DNA of 40,696 bases. It comes from Holophagae bacterium. GTDB lineage: Bacteria; Acidobacteriota; Thermoanaerobaculia; Thermoanaerobaculales; Sulfomarinibacteraceae. The position numbers were made by a program, and so were the translations under genes. Positions 18,043 to 26,024 of this stretch are shown in pieces. A model generated the notes under the pieces. The model did not search any database and was not told where the DNA came from. It saw only the letters and a list, made by a program, of their open reading frames with translations. The stretch spans positions 1 to 40,696 of the forward strand of contig JAUXDC010000003.1 of NCBI GenBank assembly GCA_030618605.1, given 5' to 3'. The stretch's first letter is position 1. Every line of letters begins with the position of its first letter.

Positions 18043-20049
18043 TCAATCCCAGCCGGAAGTGTCTCCAGTTTCGAAGCCGTTGCTGAAGATTCCGCTGCCA
18101 CCGGTTACGTTGATGGTGACCAGGCCGAGGTTGGAATCTTCTTTGCCGTCCCAGGCAGCAAACGTGAAGTCGTCAACGCCGGAGAAGGCGGCGATCGGCC
18201 GGTAGTGGGCCTCGGATCCAACGATCCACGCCACACCCTGGTGTGGCTGGGATACGACTCTCAGCTCGAGCGCGTCGCCGTTGGGATCAACCGCACTCAG
18301 CGCGATGACTACCTCCATACCGGTAGTTGCCTCGGCAGTCTCATTCCCGACCGCCGCCGGCTGGTTGGTGCTGGGGTCTTCGCTGTCGGGACCGTTGTGG
18401 CAGGAGTAACAACCCACCCGGTAGCCCCGCCAAACATTCTTGTTGCCGAAACTGTCAGCATCAAGGATCCGATCTGCATGTGACTGCGAAAGAATGGTCC
18501 CTCGATTATCCACGCCATGACAGGCCTGGCACTGGGAGAGGGTTGCGCCGCCGCTGTCCTCAAAGGCATCAGGATGATTATCAACCCAGCTCTGGCCGAC
18601 TGGATGCATGCCGTGCGGGCCACCGTCGATGGTATTGGGCTCTGTACCGTGACAGCTAGCACACTCGACAAGTGTTCCGATGTGCCCCTGAAGTGCCGAA
18701 CTTTGTACGTTGTCGTTCCCGTGAGAAGCAGGAAAAATTGCATGGGTCGAACCGTGACAGGCGGAACACTGGAGCCCGCCATGCCCCGTCGAAAAACGGT
18801 AGAGGGAGGTGCCCGGAAGGGGCGTATTGGGGTCGGTCGCGAAAGTGTCGTCAACGGCCTCTCTTAACACGCCGGGAGAAGAAAATGCATCGGTATACCG
18901 GATCTGTCCGTTGTTGAGGACAGCCGTTCCTGTATGGCAATTCTGGCAGGTCGGTTCGTCGAACCAGCCCTCTCGGGTGTCGGCGCCGACGGTGCTCATC
19001 CCACCGTGGCAGCTCTGACACTGCATCGACAGGGCGCCGTCATTGCCGACCGCAGCGCCCATTGCGCCGCGGAGGCAGGCGGTATCTGAACCCGGGTGGC
19101 AGGTGTAGCAGGCTGTGCGATTTGACGAATCACCCAGGGCCATTCCGGTCACCGGATCGCTGACCTCTGAATGGAGACTGTGAATCGCCTCAGTCAGGGG
19201 CGAGATCCCCGCCACGCCGGTTCCAGGCAGGGCGTTACTCGAATGGCATGAGGCACACAAGATTGACCGGCCGCCAACAGCGGTAGCCTCCAGCCCAGCC
19301 GGATCAAATGACAGCGTTGCCAGCGCGTCGATGAAAACCGGGTTTCCACCTTCCGTCTCGTCGTGCAACCGAAGGAGGTTGAGACGGTAGTCCCGTTCAA
19401 CATCCCCATCCCACACCCACCCGCCGATCGGCTCGGCATCAGGTCCTGAACCCGAGGCATGACAGCTGCGACAGTCCATCTCGTCGGACACCGGAAGAAC
19501 GACATCGGTTGAGGCCAACACCAGTCCGGCCCCGTCGCGTGCCACCAAACGCATCATAGGATAGTAGTTTTTCGAAAATCCATCGTCGTAGGGCGTGATC
19601 GGCACACCTTCAGCCGTAAACCACTGGTGCCCGTCCTCCCATACCATTTCCTGGGGTGTATTACCGTCCCCCGGCATGTCAAACCCTGCCAGGCCCTCAT
19701 CCGGCAAAAGAGAAGCCCCGAAGAGGCTTCCGACATGATCCCAGAAGTTGCTCTTCCCGATCGACGTGACGTTGACCGAGCCGCCGGGATCGGCGACCGA
19801 TTCATACGTAACCGTAACTCCGGCAGGCACATCGACGAGATTCCCGCCAGGGTCGATCAACTGGGCGTGGACCGTATTGTACGGCGGCAGGATCGCCATG
19901 ACCGAATAGTCGGCGTCCATGCAGTGCATCCCGAGGTCATTCCATCCGACCAGCGTCCAGCCGCTGCTCCCGCCTCGCACTACCATTGCCGACATTCCTG
20001 CCACAAGGGCCAAGATCCCAAACCACACTGCCGAGGTCCTTCTGAACAT
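18043..20049 (-). CDS. Secreted multiheme cytochrome c (9 CxxCH) with a C-terminal Ig-like domain and a GFETGD tail
   Basis: Motifs counted: CRSCH, CASCH, CYTCH, CQSCH, CQNCH, CSACH, CASCH, CQACH, CYSCH. Also a signal peptide, NDLGMHC near the N-terminus, DPNGDAL...FSGVDDFTF (Ig-like), and the ending IFSNGFETGDTSGWD. Confidence 0.9.
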   Translation of the reverse strand: MFRRTSAVWFGILALVAGMSAMVVRGGSSGWTLVGWNDLGMHCMDADYSVMAILPPYNTVHAQLIDPGGNLVDVPAGVTVTYESVADPGGSVNVTSIGKSNFWDHVGSLFGASLLPDEGLAGFDMPGDGNTPQEMVWEDGHQWFTAEGVPITPYDDGFSKNYYPMMRLVARDGAGLVLASTDVVLPVSDEMDCRSCHASGSGPDAEPIGGWVWDGDVERDYRLNLLRLHDETEGGNPVFIDALATLSFDPAGLEATAVGGRSILCASCHSSNALPGTGVAGISPLTEAIHSLHSEVSDPVTGMALGDSSNRTACYTCHPGSDTACLRGAMGAAVGNDGALSMQCQSCHGGMSTVGADTREGWFDEPTCQNCHTGTAVLNNGQIRYTDAFSSPGVLREAVDDTFATDPNTPLPGTSLYRFSTGHGGLQCSACHGSTHAIFPASHGNDNVQSSALQGHIGTLVECASCHGTEPNTIDGGPHGMHPVGQSWVDNHPDAFEDSGGATLSQCQACHGVDNRGTILSQSHADRILDADSFGNKNVWRGYRVGCYSCHNGPDSEDPSTNQPAAVGNETAEATTGMEVVIALSAVDPNGDALELRVVSQPHQGVAWIVGSEAHYRPIAAFSGVDDFTFAAWDGKEDSNLGLVTINVTGGSGIFSNGFETGDTSGWD

Positions 20050-20215
20050 AAATTCTCTCCTTTTTCATTTCGATATTGGCACACATATTCAATAATTAAT
20101 GTGACCGCGATCATCAATGGAACAGGGGAAAGACCCGACAAATCGGGAGAGTGGAAATATCAAGCGTCAACAGAGTGTTCTTGTAATGGCAACGCGATTT
20201 TGAAAGGGAGACATC

Positions 20216-20596
20216 ATGCCGAAAATTAACCGTTACGTCGACATCGACACCGTAGAGCGAGAGGCCAAGAAGGACTACATCGACCGCCACTCGCCGTTCA
20301 TCCACTGTGGGGACTCGGCCACCGCCGGCGAAAAATTCGCCGTCACCGTCAAGGTCGGCAACGAGTACGACCACCCGGACGACTTCGACCACTTCATCAA
20401 CAACGTTGCGCTCTACAATGGCGAGACGCTGTTGGGTCGGGCCGACTTCCCGCCGGGAACCCTGGGCAATCAGAAGTCTCAGGTTGAAGTTGTTTTCAAC
20501 ATCATCCCGACGAAGAAGCTCAAACTCGTGGCCCACGCCTACTGCACCAAGCACGGTCTGTGGGAGAGTGATCCGATAGAAGTAAGCGTCAGTTAA
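20216..20596 (+). CDS. Superoxide reductase-like protein (class II SORL/desulfoferrodoxin ferrous-iron-binding domain)
   Basis: Iron-ligand motifs DRHSP, HPDDFDHFI and AYCTKHGLW. Confidence 0.88.
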   Translation: MPKINRYVDIDTVEREAKKDYIDRHSPFIHCGDSATAGEKFAVTVKVGNEYDHPDDFDHFINNVALYNGETLLGRADFPPGTLGNQKSQVEVVFNIIPTKKLKLVAHAYCTKHGLWESDPIEVSVS

Positions 20597-20645
20597 AGCC
20601 GGCACTCGGGCGGGACGAACCCCGCCCTCCGGTTTTTCTTGCAGG

Positions 20646-20670
20646 GGAGGGGTTTATCCCCTCCTTTTTT
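20646..20670 (+). terminator. Intrinsic terminator after the SORL gene
   Basis: GGAGGGG-TTTAT-CCCCTCC followed by T6. Confidence 0.75.
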
Positions 20671-20742
20671 GTTCCACCTCTGCCCGGTTAGGAGTACACT
20701 ATCCGGACGCCTCTTGGCGCCACCGTTTTCGGTGGCCCGCTC

Positions 20743-20908
20743 CAGGAGCGTGTACTCATAGATGGCGGATGGGTTTCGGAGGGCTGTTATGCCGTTCGAG
20801 GCACATTCGAGGCGCTGTACTGTGACCGGTACGGGCCGAGAATGGAACAAAGAACGGCCTTAACGGCACCCGAAAGGCGTCGCTGATTCTGTTCGGTACA
20901 CGTTCCTG
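20743..20908. mobile_element. MITE-like palindromic element, copy 2
   Basis: Terminal inverted repeats CAGGAGCGTGTAC / GTACACGTTCCTG (12 of 13 match). It shares GGCGGATGG-TTTCGGAGGG, ATTCGAGGCGCTGTAC, GTACGGGC and CACCCGAAAGGC with copy 1. Confidence 0.78.
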
Positions 20909-20948
20909 ACCCATCGGGGTGTGTCACGAGGTGGGAATGGAGACCACA

Positions 20949-22409
20949 ATGAAAAGCCACGAGATTCGCGCCCGTGCGGTTGAGCGCTGCCATGAAAAGG
21001 GCATCCTGATACCGACCCTGGCCCAACAGAAAGATCCCTCACTGATCCCCGACGCCGTCACCAGGCGACTCCCCAACATCGACATCCAGGATGTCGATCC
21101 CCTCAATCTCTTCCGGATCACCTGGTACAACGACCCCTCAAGCCACGGGTTTGGCGCGGTCAACACTTTCGAGCTGCCATCGGAGCTGACCGGGGTCGAG
21201 GCCCGCATCGTCGGCCTGGTCGGCCGCCACTTTCCCACGGGGACCCATAAGGTCGGAGCGGCTTTCGGATGTCTCGTGCCCCGCCTGGTGCATGGAGAGT
21301 TCGATCCGATCAACCAGGTGGCAGTCTGGCCGTCAACCGGCAACTACTGCCGCGGCGGCGCCTTCGACAGCGCCCTCCTGGGGTGTCATTCGGTAGCAAT
21401 CCTCCCCGAAGAAATGAGTCAGGAGCGCTTCCGCTGGCTGGAGGACATCGGCGCGGAGGTGTTCGCCACTCCGGGCTGCGAATCCAACGTCAAGGAGATC
21501 TTCGACAAATGCTGGGATCTGCGCGCCACCCGGCCTGAGGCGGTGATCTTCAATCAATTTGACGAGTTCGGGAACTATCTCTGGCACTGGTCCGTCACCG
21601 GCGCCGCGGTCGAGGACTGGCTCAGGAACAACGCCGGACCCAACGGCCGGCTAGCCGGCTGGGTTGGCGCCACGGGATCGGGCGGAACCCTGGCTGCGGG
21701 CGACTATCTCAAGGGCCGCTTCCCAGGAGCAACCATCACCGCGGCCGAAGCCCTCCAGTGCCCGACTCTCCTGGCCTGCGGCTTCGGCGGTCACCGCATC
21801 GAGGGCATCGGCGACAAGCATGTCCCCTGGATTCACAACGTGCGCACCACCGATGTCGTCACCGCCATTGACGACGAGGCCACAATGCGGCTCATGCGAC
21901 TGTTCAACGAAGACGTCGGACGAGACATCCTCGCCGACCGTGGCGTCCCGGATGCCGTCATCAGCCGGCTGGATGACCTCGGTATTTCCTCCATTTGTAA
22001 TTTACTGGCCGCAATCAAGACCGCGAAGTACTACGACCTCGGTCCAGACGACATCCTGGTGACGTCCTTCACGGACTCGGTCGAGATGTACCGTACCCGC
22101 CTTGACGAGATGAACGAGGCCCACGGCGTCTACACGGCAACCGACGCGGCAGTCGATTTTGAACGCCGACTGCTGGGCGCAACTACGGATCACCTGCGGG
22201 AACTGACCTATCGTGATCGCCGGGCCATTCACAACTTCAAGTATTTCACCTGGGTCGAACAACAGGGGCGCTCCGTCGAAGAGCTGGAAGAGCTGTGGAA
22301 TCCCTCCTTCTGGACCGATCTGACCGACGGCGTACCCGAATGGGACGAGGCGATCAATAAATTCAACCAGGACACCGGGGTGAAGGAACTGCTGGAGCAA
22401 ACAAAATGA
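20949..22409 (+). CDS. Fold-type II PLP-dependent enzyme (extended cysteine-synthase-like family)
   Basis: FPTGTHKVGAA (PLP Lys), WPSTGNYCRGG, GATGSGGTL and HRIEGIGDKHVP. The start was chosen by the GGAG RBS. Confidence 0.82.
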   Translation: MKSHEIRARAVERCHEKGILIPTLAQQKDPSLIPDAVTRRLPNIDIQDVDPLNLFRITWYNDPSSHGFGAVNTFELPSELTGVEARIVGLVGRHFPTGTHKVGAAFGCLVPRLVHGEFDPINQVAVWPSTGNYCRGGAFDSALLGCHSVAILPEEMSQERFRWLEDIGAEVFATPGCESNVKEIFDKCWDLRATRPEAVIFNQFDEFGNYLWHWSVTGAAVEDWLRNNAGPNGRLAGWVGATGSGGTLAAGDYLKGRFPGATITAAEALQCPTLLACGFGGHRIEGIGDKHVPWIHNVRTTDVVTAIDDEATMRLMRLFNEDVGRDILADRGVPDAVISRLDDLGISSICNLLAAIKTAKYYDLGPDDILVTSFTDSVEMYRTRLDEMNEAHGVYTATDAAVDFERRLLGATTDHLRELTYRDRRAIHNFKYFTWVEQQGRSVEELEELWNPSFWTDLTDGVPEWDEAINKFNQDTGVKELLEQTK

Positions 22410-23599
22410 ACGCAACTGGAAAACAGGCTCTCGAGGCCGCACAACTGATTGAACGAGATATCGTCAGCTTCCTTCGCCGCATGATCGCCATCCCGGCGGA
22501 GAGTCTGCAGGAGAAGGAGCGCTGCGAGCTGGTCAAGGCCGAGTTCGAGAAACTGGGCTTTGACGAAGTCTTTTTCGACGGGCTGGGCACAGTCGTCGCC
22601 CGCATCGGCAACGGCCCCTTCAAAATACTGATGGACGGCCACATCGACTGCGTCGGCGTCGGCAATCCGGCCTCGTGGGACTACGATCCCTTCGAGGGCA
22701 AGGAAGAAAACGGTGAGATCTGGGGTCGGGGTGCAGTGGACGAACTGCCCGCGATCGCTGCGATGGCCTTTGGCGCCCGACTCCTGATGGACCGCGGTTG
22801 GCCCGAAGGCATCACCCTCTACCTCTCCGCCTCGGTGATGGAGGAAGACTGCGACGGCCACTGCATGCTCCACTTGATCGAAAAAGAAGGCATCAAGCCC
22901 GACGTCGTCATTCTGGGAGAACCCACCGATTTGGATATCTACCGCGGTCACCGGGGTCGGATGGAAGCGACGATCACAACAAGGGGCCGCTCGGCCCACG
23001 GCGCCCACGCCCACCACGGTGTCAATGCCCTCTACAAGATGGCGCCGATTATCCTGGATGTCGAGAAGCTCAACGAGAACCTCGCCCACGACGAGTTCCT
23101 GGGTTCCGGTTCGATCATCGTCTCCCACATCTCAGTCGACACCCCGTCCCTCAACGCCGTCCCTGACCGCGCCACGATCACCCTGGACCGTCGAATGACG
23201 GTCGGCGAGACAGTCGAGATCGTGCTGGCAGAGCTTCGAGCCTTGCCCCATTTGGGCGATGCCGAGGTCGAACTGCTCCACTATGACGAGACCAGCTGGA
23301 CCGGAGCACAGGCCACCCAAGAGAAGTACTTCCCCACCTGGGTGCTCGATGAAGACCATCCGTTGGTTCAGGGCGCCGCCAAGGCCGCTGCCGCAGTGCT
23401 CGACGAGCCGCCTGAAATTTCTCGCTGGCATTTCTCGACCAACGGCGTCGCCACCATGGGCCGCCTGGGTATCCCGTCGATCGGCTTCGCCCCCGGCCTC
23501 GAAGAGCTGGCCCACACCACCCAGGAACACGTCAAAATCGAGGATCTTGTCAAGGCTGCCGCTGTCTATAGTTTGATGCCGGAAGCCCTTCTCAAATGA
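22406..23599 (+). CDS. ygeY: YgeY-family M20/DapE metallohydrolase
   Basis: DGHIDCVGVG, GRGAVD, MEEDCDG, EPTDLDIYRGHRGRME, EKYFPTW, WHFSTNGV and AHT. ATGA-coupled to the upstream gene. Confidence 0.85.
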   Translation: MNATGKQALEAAQLIERDIVSFLRRMIAIPAESLQEKERCELVKAEFEKLGFDEVFFDGLGTVVARIGNGPFKILMDGHIDCVGVGNPASWDYDPFEGKEENGEIWGRGAVDELPAIAAMAFGARLLMDRGWPEGITLYLSASVMEEDCDGHCMLHLIEKEGIKPDVVILGEPTDLDIYRGHRGRMEATITTRGRSAHGAHAHHGVNALYKMAPIILDVEKLNENLAHDEFLGSGSIIVSHISVDTPSLNAVPDRATITLDRRMTVGETVEIVLAELRALPHLGDAEVELLHYDETSWTGAQATQEKYFPTWVLDEDHPLVQGAAKAAAAVLDEPPEISRWHFSTNGVATMGRLGIPSIGFAPGLEELAHTTQEHVKIEDLVKAAAVYSLMPEALLK

Positions 23600-23710
23600 A
23601 CCCCCCTTTCCTTTTTATTGATTTGGATTTCCAGTGGAGTCGCTGGACGAAACGAACCCCTTCAACAGGGAATCCAAACCAAAAAAAAGGACCCACGGAA
23701 AGGTCAGAAA

Positions 23711-24688
23711 ATGCAAACAAAGCTTAAGGGCAAAGACTTCATCACAACCCAGGACTGGACTGTCGAGGAGATTGAGACGATCATTTCCCTCGCCGAAGAA
23801 CTCAAGCTGGCCAAGGCCACCGGTCGCAAGACGCCGTGGCTCGACGCCAAGACCCTCTACATGATCTTCTTCGATTCCTCGACGAGGACCCGAAATTCCT
23901 TCGAGACCGGCATCACGCAGCTCGGCGGCCACGGGATCTTCCTTTCTCCGGACAAGATGCAGATCTCCCACGGCGAGAATGCCCGTGACACCGCTAACGT
24001 CTTGTCCCGATACGGCGATGCAATCGCCGTCCGCCACTGTGCTCTCAACGAGGGCAACCCCTACATCCGCGACCTTGCCGAGCACGCCGACATACCGGTG
24101 ATCTCGATGCAATGCGACGTCTACCACCCCTGTCAGATCCTGGCGGACTACCTGACGATCAAGGAGAAGTTCTCCGGCCGGACCAAGGGTCTCAAATTGG
24201 GGGTCGCCTGGACCTCGGCGCCCAACTACGTGCGGCCGTTGTCGGTTCCTCAAAGCCTGATTCTGATGATGCCCCGGATGGGCATCGACGTCACTCTGGC
24301 CTATCCGCCGGAGTTCAAGCTGATGCCGGAGATCGAGGAACAGGCCCGGGCGAATGCCAAGGCAGCCGGTTCGTCGTTTGAGATCACCAATCAGTTTGAA
24401 AGCGCCTTCGAAGATGCAGATATGGTCATTCCAAAGTCGTGGGGTCCCTTGATGACCACCACCGACACGCCCGAGGGCCTCAGTCTGATCGAGAAATACC
24501 CCTCGTGGCGCTGTGATGCCGAGAAGATGGCCCTGGCCAAGGACCACTGCCTCTACATGCACCCACTGCCCGCCGACCGCGGCCGCGAGGTGACCAATGA
24601 GGTGATCGACGGACCCAACTCCGTCGTCTACGATGAAGCCGAAAACCGGCTTCACGTGCAGAAGGCACTGATGGCTCTGACCATGTAG
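23711..24688 (+). CDS. Carbamoyltransferase of the knotted YgeW/AOTCase type
   Basis: SSTRTRNSFE, HPCQ and MHPLPADRG, plus YgeW-like WTSAPNYVRPLSVPQS and PKSWG. It lacks the DxxxSMG motif of true OTCase. Confidence 0.8.
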   Translation: MQTKLKGKDFITTQDWTVEEIETIISLAEELKLAKATGRKTPWLDAKTLYMIFFDSSTRTRNSFETGITQLGGHGIFLSPDKMQISHGENARDTANVLSRYGDAIAVRHCALNEGNPYIRDLAEHADIPVISMQCDVYHPCQILADYLTIKEKFSGRTKGLKLGVAWTSAPNYVRPLSVPQSLILMMPRMGIDVTLAYPPEFKLMPEIEEQARANAKAAGSSFEITNQFESAFEDADMVIPKSWGPLMTTTDTPEGLSLIEKYPSWRCDAEKMALAKDHCLYMHPLPADRGREVTNEVIDGPNSVVYDEAENRLHVQKALMALTM

Positions 24689-24742
24689 CGACGAAGACGA
24701 AGGCAATGAACCACAGTAATTTTTCTCATGCTGGAGGTCGCC

Positions 24743-25981
24743 ATGGCTCGTTTTGAACTGCGATGCAGCAAGTGCGGGGGGGTCTTCTCGGAGGACCCCA
24801 AACTTCTGGTATGCCCGGAATGCTCCAAAAAACAGGTCCAAGGTGGGTCCCTGCGGGGTGTGCTCGAGATCAATATCCTCGATCCTCCCGTTGGGTGGCC
24901 CGAGGAGCCTCTCGGAAGTCCACAGTTCCTGCGCCGGGTCCTACCGCTCGGTGATCCGAGCCATCTGGCGCCACTGCCCGTCGGCGATACACCCTTGCTT
25001 GAAGTTCCCCGACTGCGGAGAGAACTGGGAATGCAGCACCTGTGGCTCAAGGATGACAGCCGCAATCCCTCAGGCTCGACCAAGGACAGGGCCTCCTTCC
25101 TGGTCGCAGCCAAGGCTGCGGAGTACGGATTCGAAACGATTGCGACGGCCTCGACAGGCAACGCCGCGACTGCCCTGGCCGCCGTCTGTGCCGCCTCAGG
25201 GCAACGGGCCGTCGTGCTGGTCCCCGCCGGAGCGCCCCCTGCCAAGTTGACCCAGATGCTGGCCTACGGCGCCGAGGTCGTGCCGGTCGACGGATCGTAT
25301 GACGACGCCTTTGAACTTTGCATGGAAGCCTGCGCCGAATTCGGGTGGTACAACCGCAACACAGCACTCAACCCCTTCACTCTGGAGGGCAAGAAGACCC
25401 TGGCTCTGGAGATCGCTCGTCAGTTGGCCCCGGAAACGCCGGACGCCATAATCATTCCGACGGGAGACGGCGTCATCTTGAGCGGCATCGCCAAGGGCTT
25501 TGCAGACCTTCTGGCGTGGGGCCTGACCGACCGCGTTCCGCGGCTGATCGCCGTGCAGCCGGAGGGCGCTTCGAGCCTGGTTTCGGCGCTGGCCGACGGC
25601 GACAACGACGTCATCCCCATGCCCGGGGCCGCCAGCATCGCCGACTCCCTGGTCGTCGAAGCGCCTCGCAACGCCCGCCTGGCCCTCCGCAGAATCCGGG
25701 AGTCCGGAGGTGGAGGCGTTACGGTCTCTGACGAGGCCATCATTGGAGCGATCGCCCGATTGGCCCGCCTGACCGGGGTATTCGCCGAACCGGCAGCTGC
25801 GGCTTCCCTCGCCGGGCTCGAAGCGGCCCTCACGGCCTCCTTGGTCGAAAAGGGAGAACGGGTGGTCCTACTGGTCACAGGAACCGGACTCAAGGACCGA
25901 GATGCCGCCACACGGGCCGTCACGATGCCCTCGGCTATTCCACCGGACCTCGATCACTTGGCCGAACACCTTCACCAGTAA
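24743..25981 (+). CDS. Threonine synthase-like PLP enzyme with an N-terminal zinc ribbon
   Basis: CSKC...CPEC, GDTPL, NPSGSTKDR, ASTGNAA, EGKKT, FAEPAAA and TGTGLKD. RBS GGAGG before 24743. Confidence 0.85.
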   Translation: MARFELRCSKCGGVFSEDPKLLVCPECSKKQVQGGSLRGVLEINILDPPVGWPEEPLGSPQFLRRVLPLGDPSHLAPLPVGDTPLLEVPRLRRELGMQHLWLKDDSRNPSGSTKDRASFLVAAKAAEYGFETIATASTGNAATALAAVCAASGQRAVVLVPAGAPPAKLTQMLAYGAEVVPVDGSYDDAFELCMEACAEFGWYNRNTALNPFTLEGKKTLALEIARQLAPETPDAIIIPTGDGVILSGIAKGFADLLAWGLTDRVPRLIAVQPEGASSLVSALADGDNDVIPMPGAASIADSLVVEAPRNARLALRRIRESGGGGVTVSDEAIIGAIARLARLTGVFAEPAAAASLAGLEAALTASLVEKGERVVLLVTGTGLKDRDAATRAVTMPSAIPPDLDHLAEHLHQ

Positions 25982-26024
25982 TGAAGGAGGCACACGCCTG
26001 AAAAAATAGAGTTAATATCGTCCG

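Noticed and set aside
20100-20116. CRP/FNR-like site TGTGA-N6-TCATC between the cytochrome and SORL genes
   Set aside because: The second half-site is a poor match, so chance occurrence in AT-rich DNA is likely.
23632-23655. Hammerhead-ribozyme-like GTC-N4-GACGAAAC
   Set aside because: The core would need CTGANGA but reads CAGTGGA, and no stem III or cleavage triplet is present.
23711-24688. Calling the carbamoyltransferase argF
   Set aside because: It lacks the SMG ornithine-binding motif and has YgeW/AOTCase-type motifs and a ygeY context.
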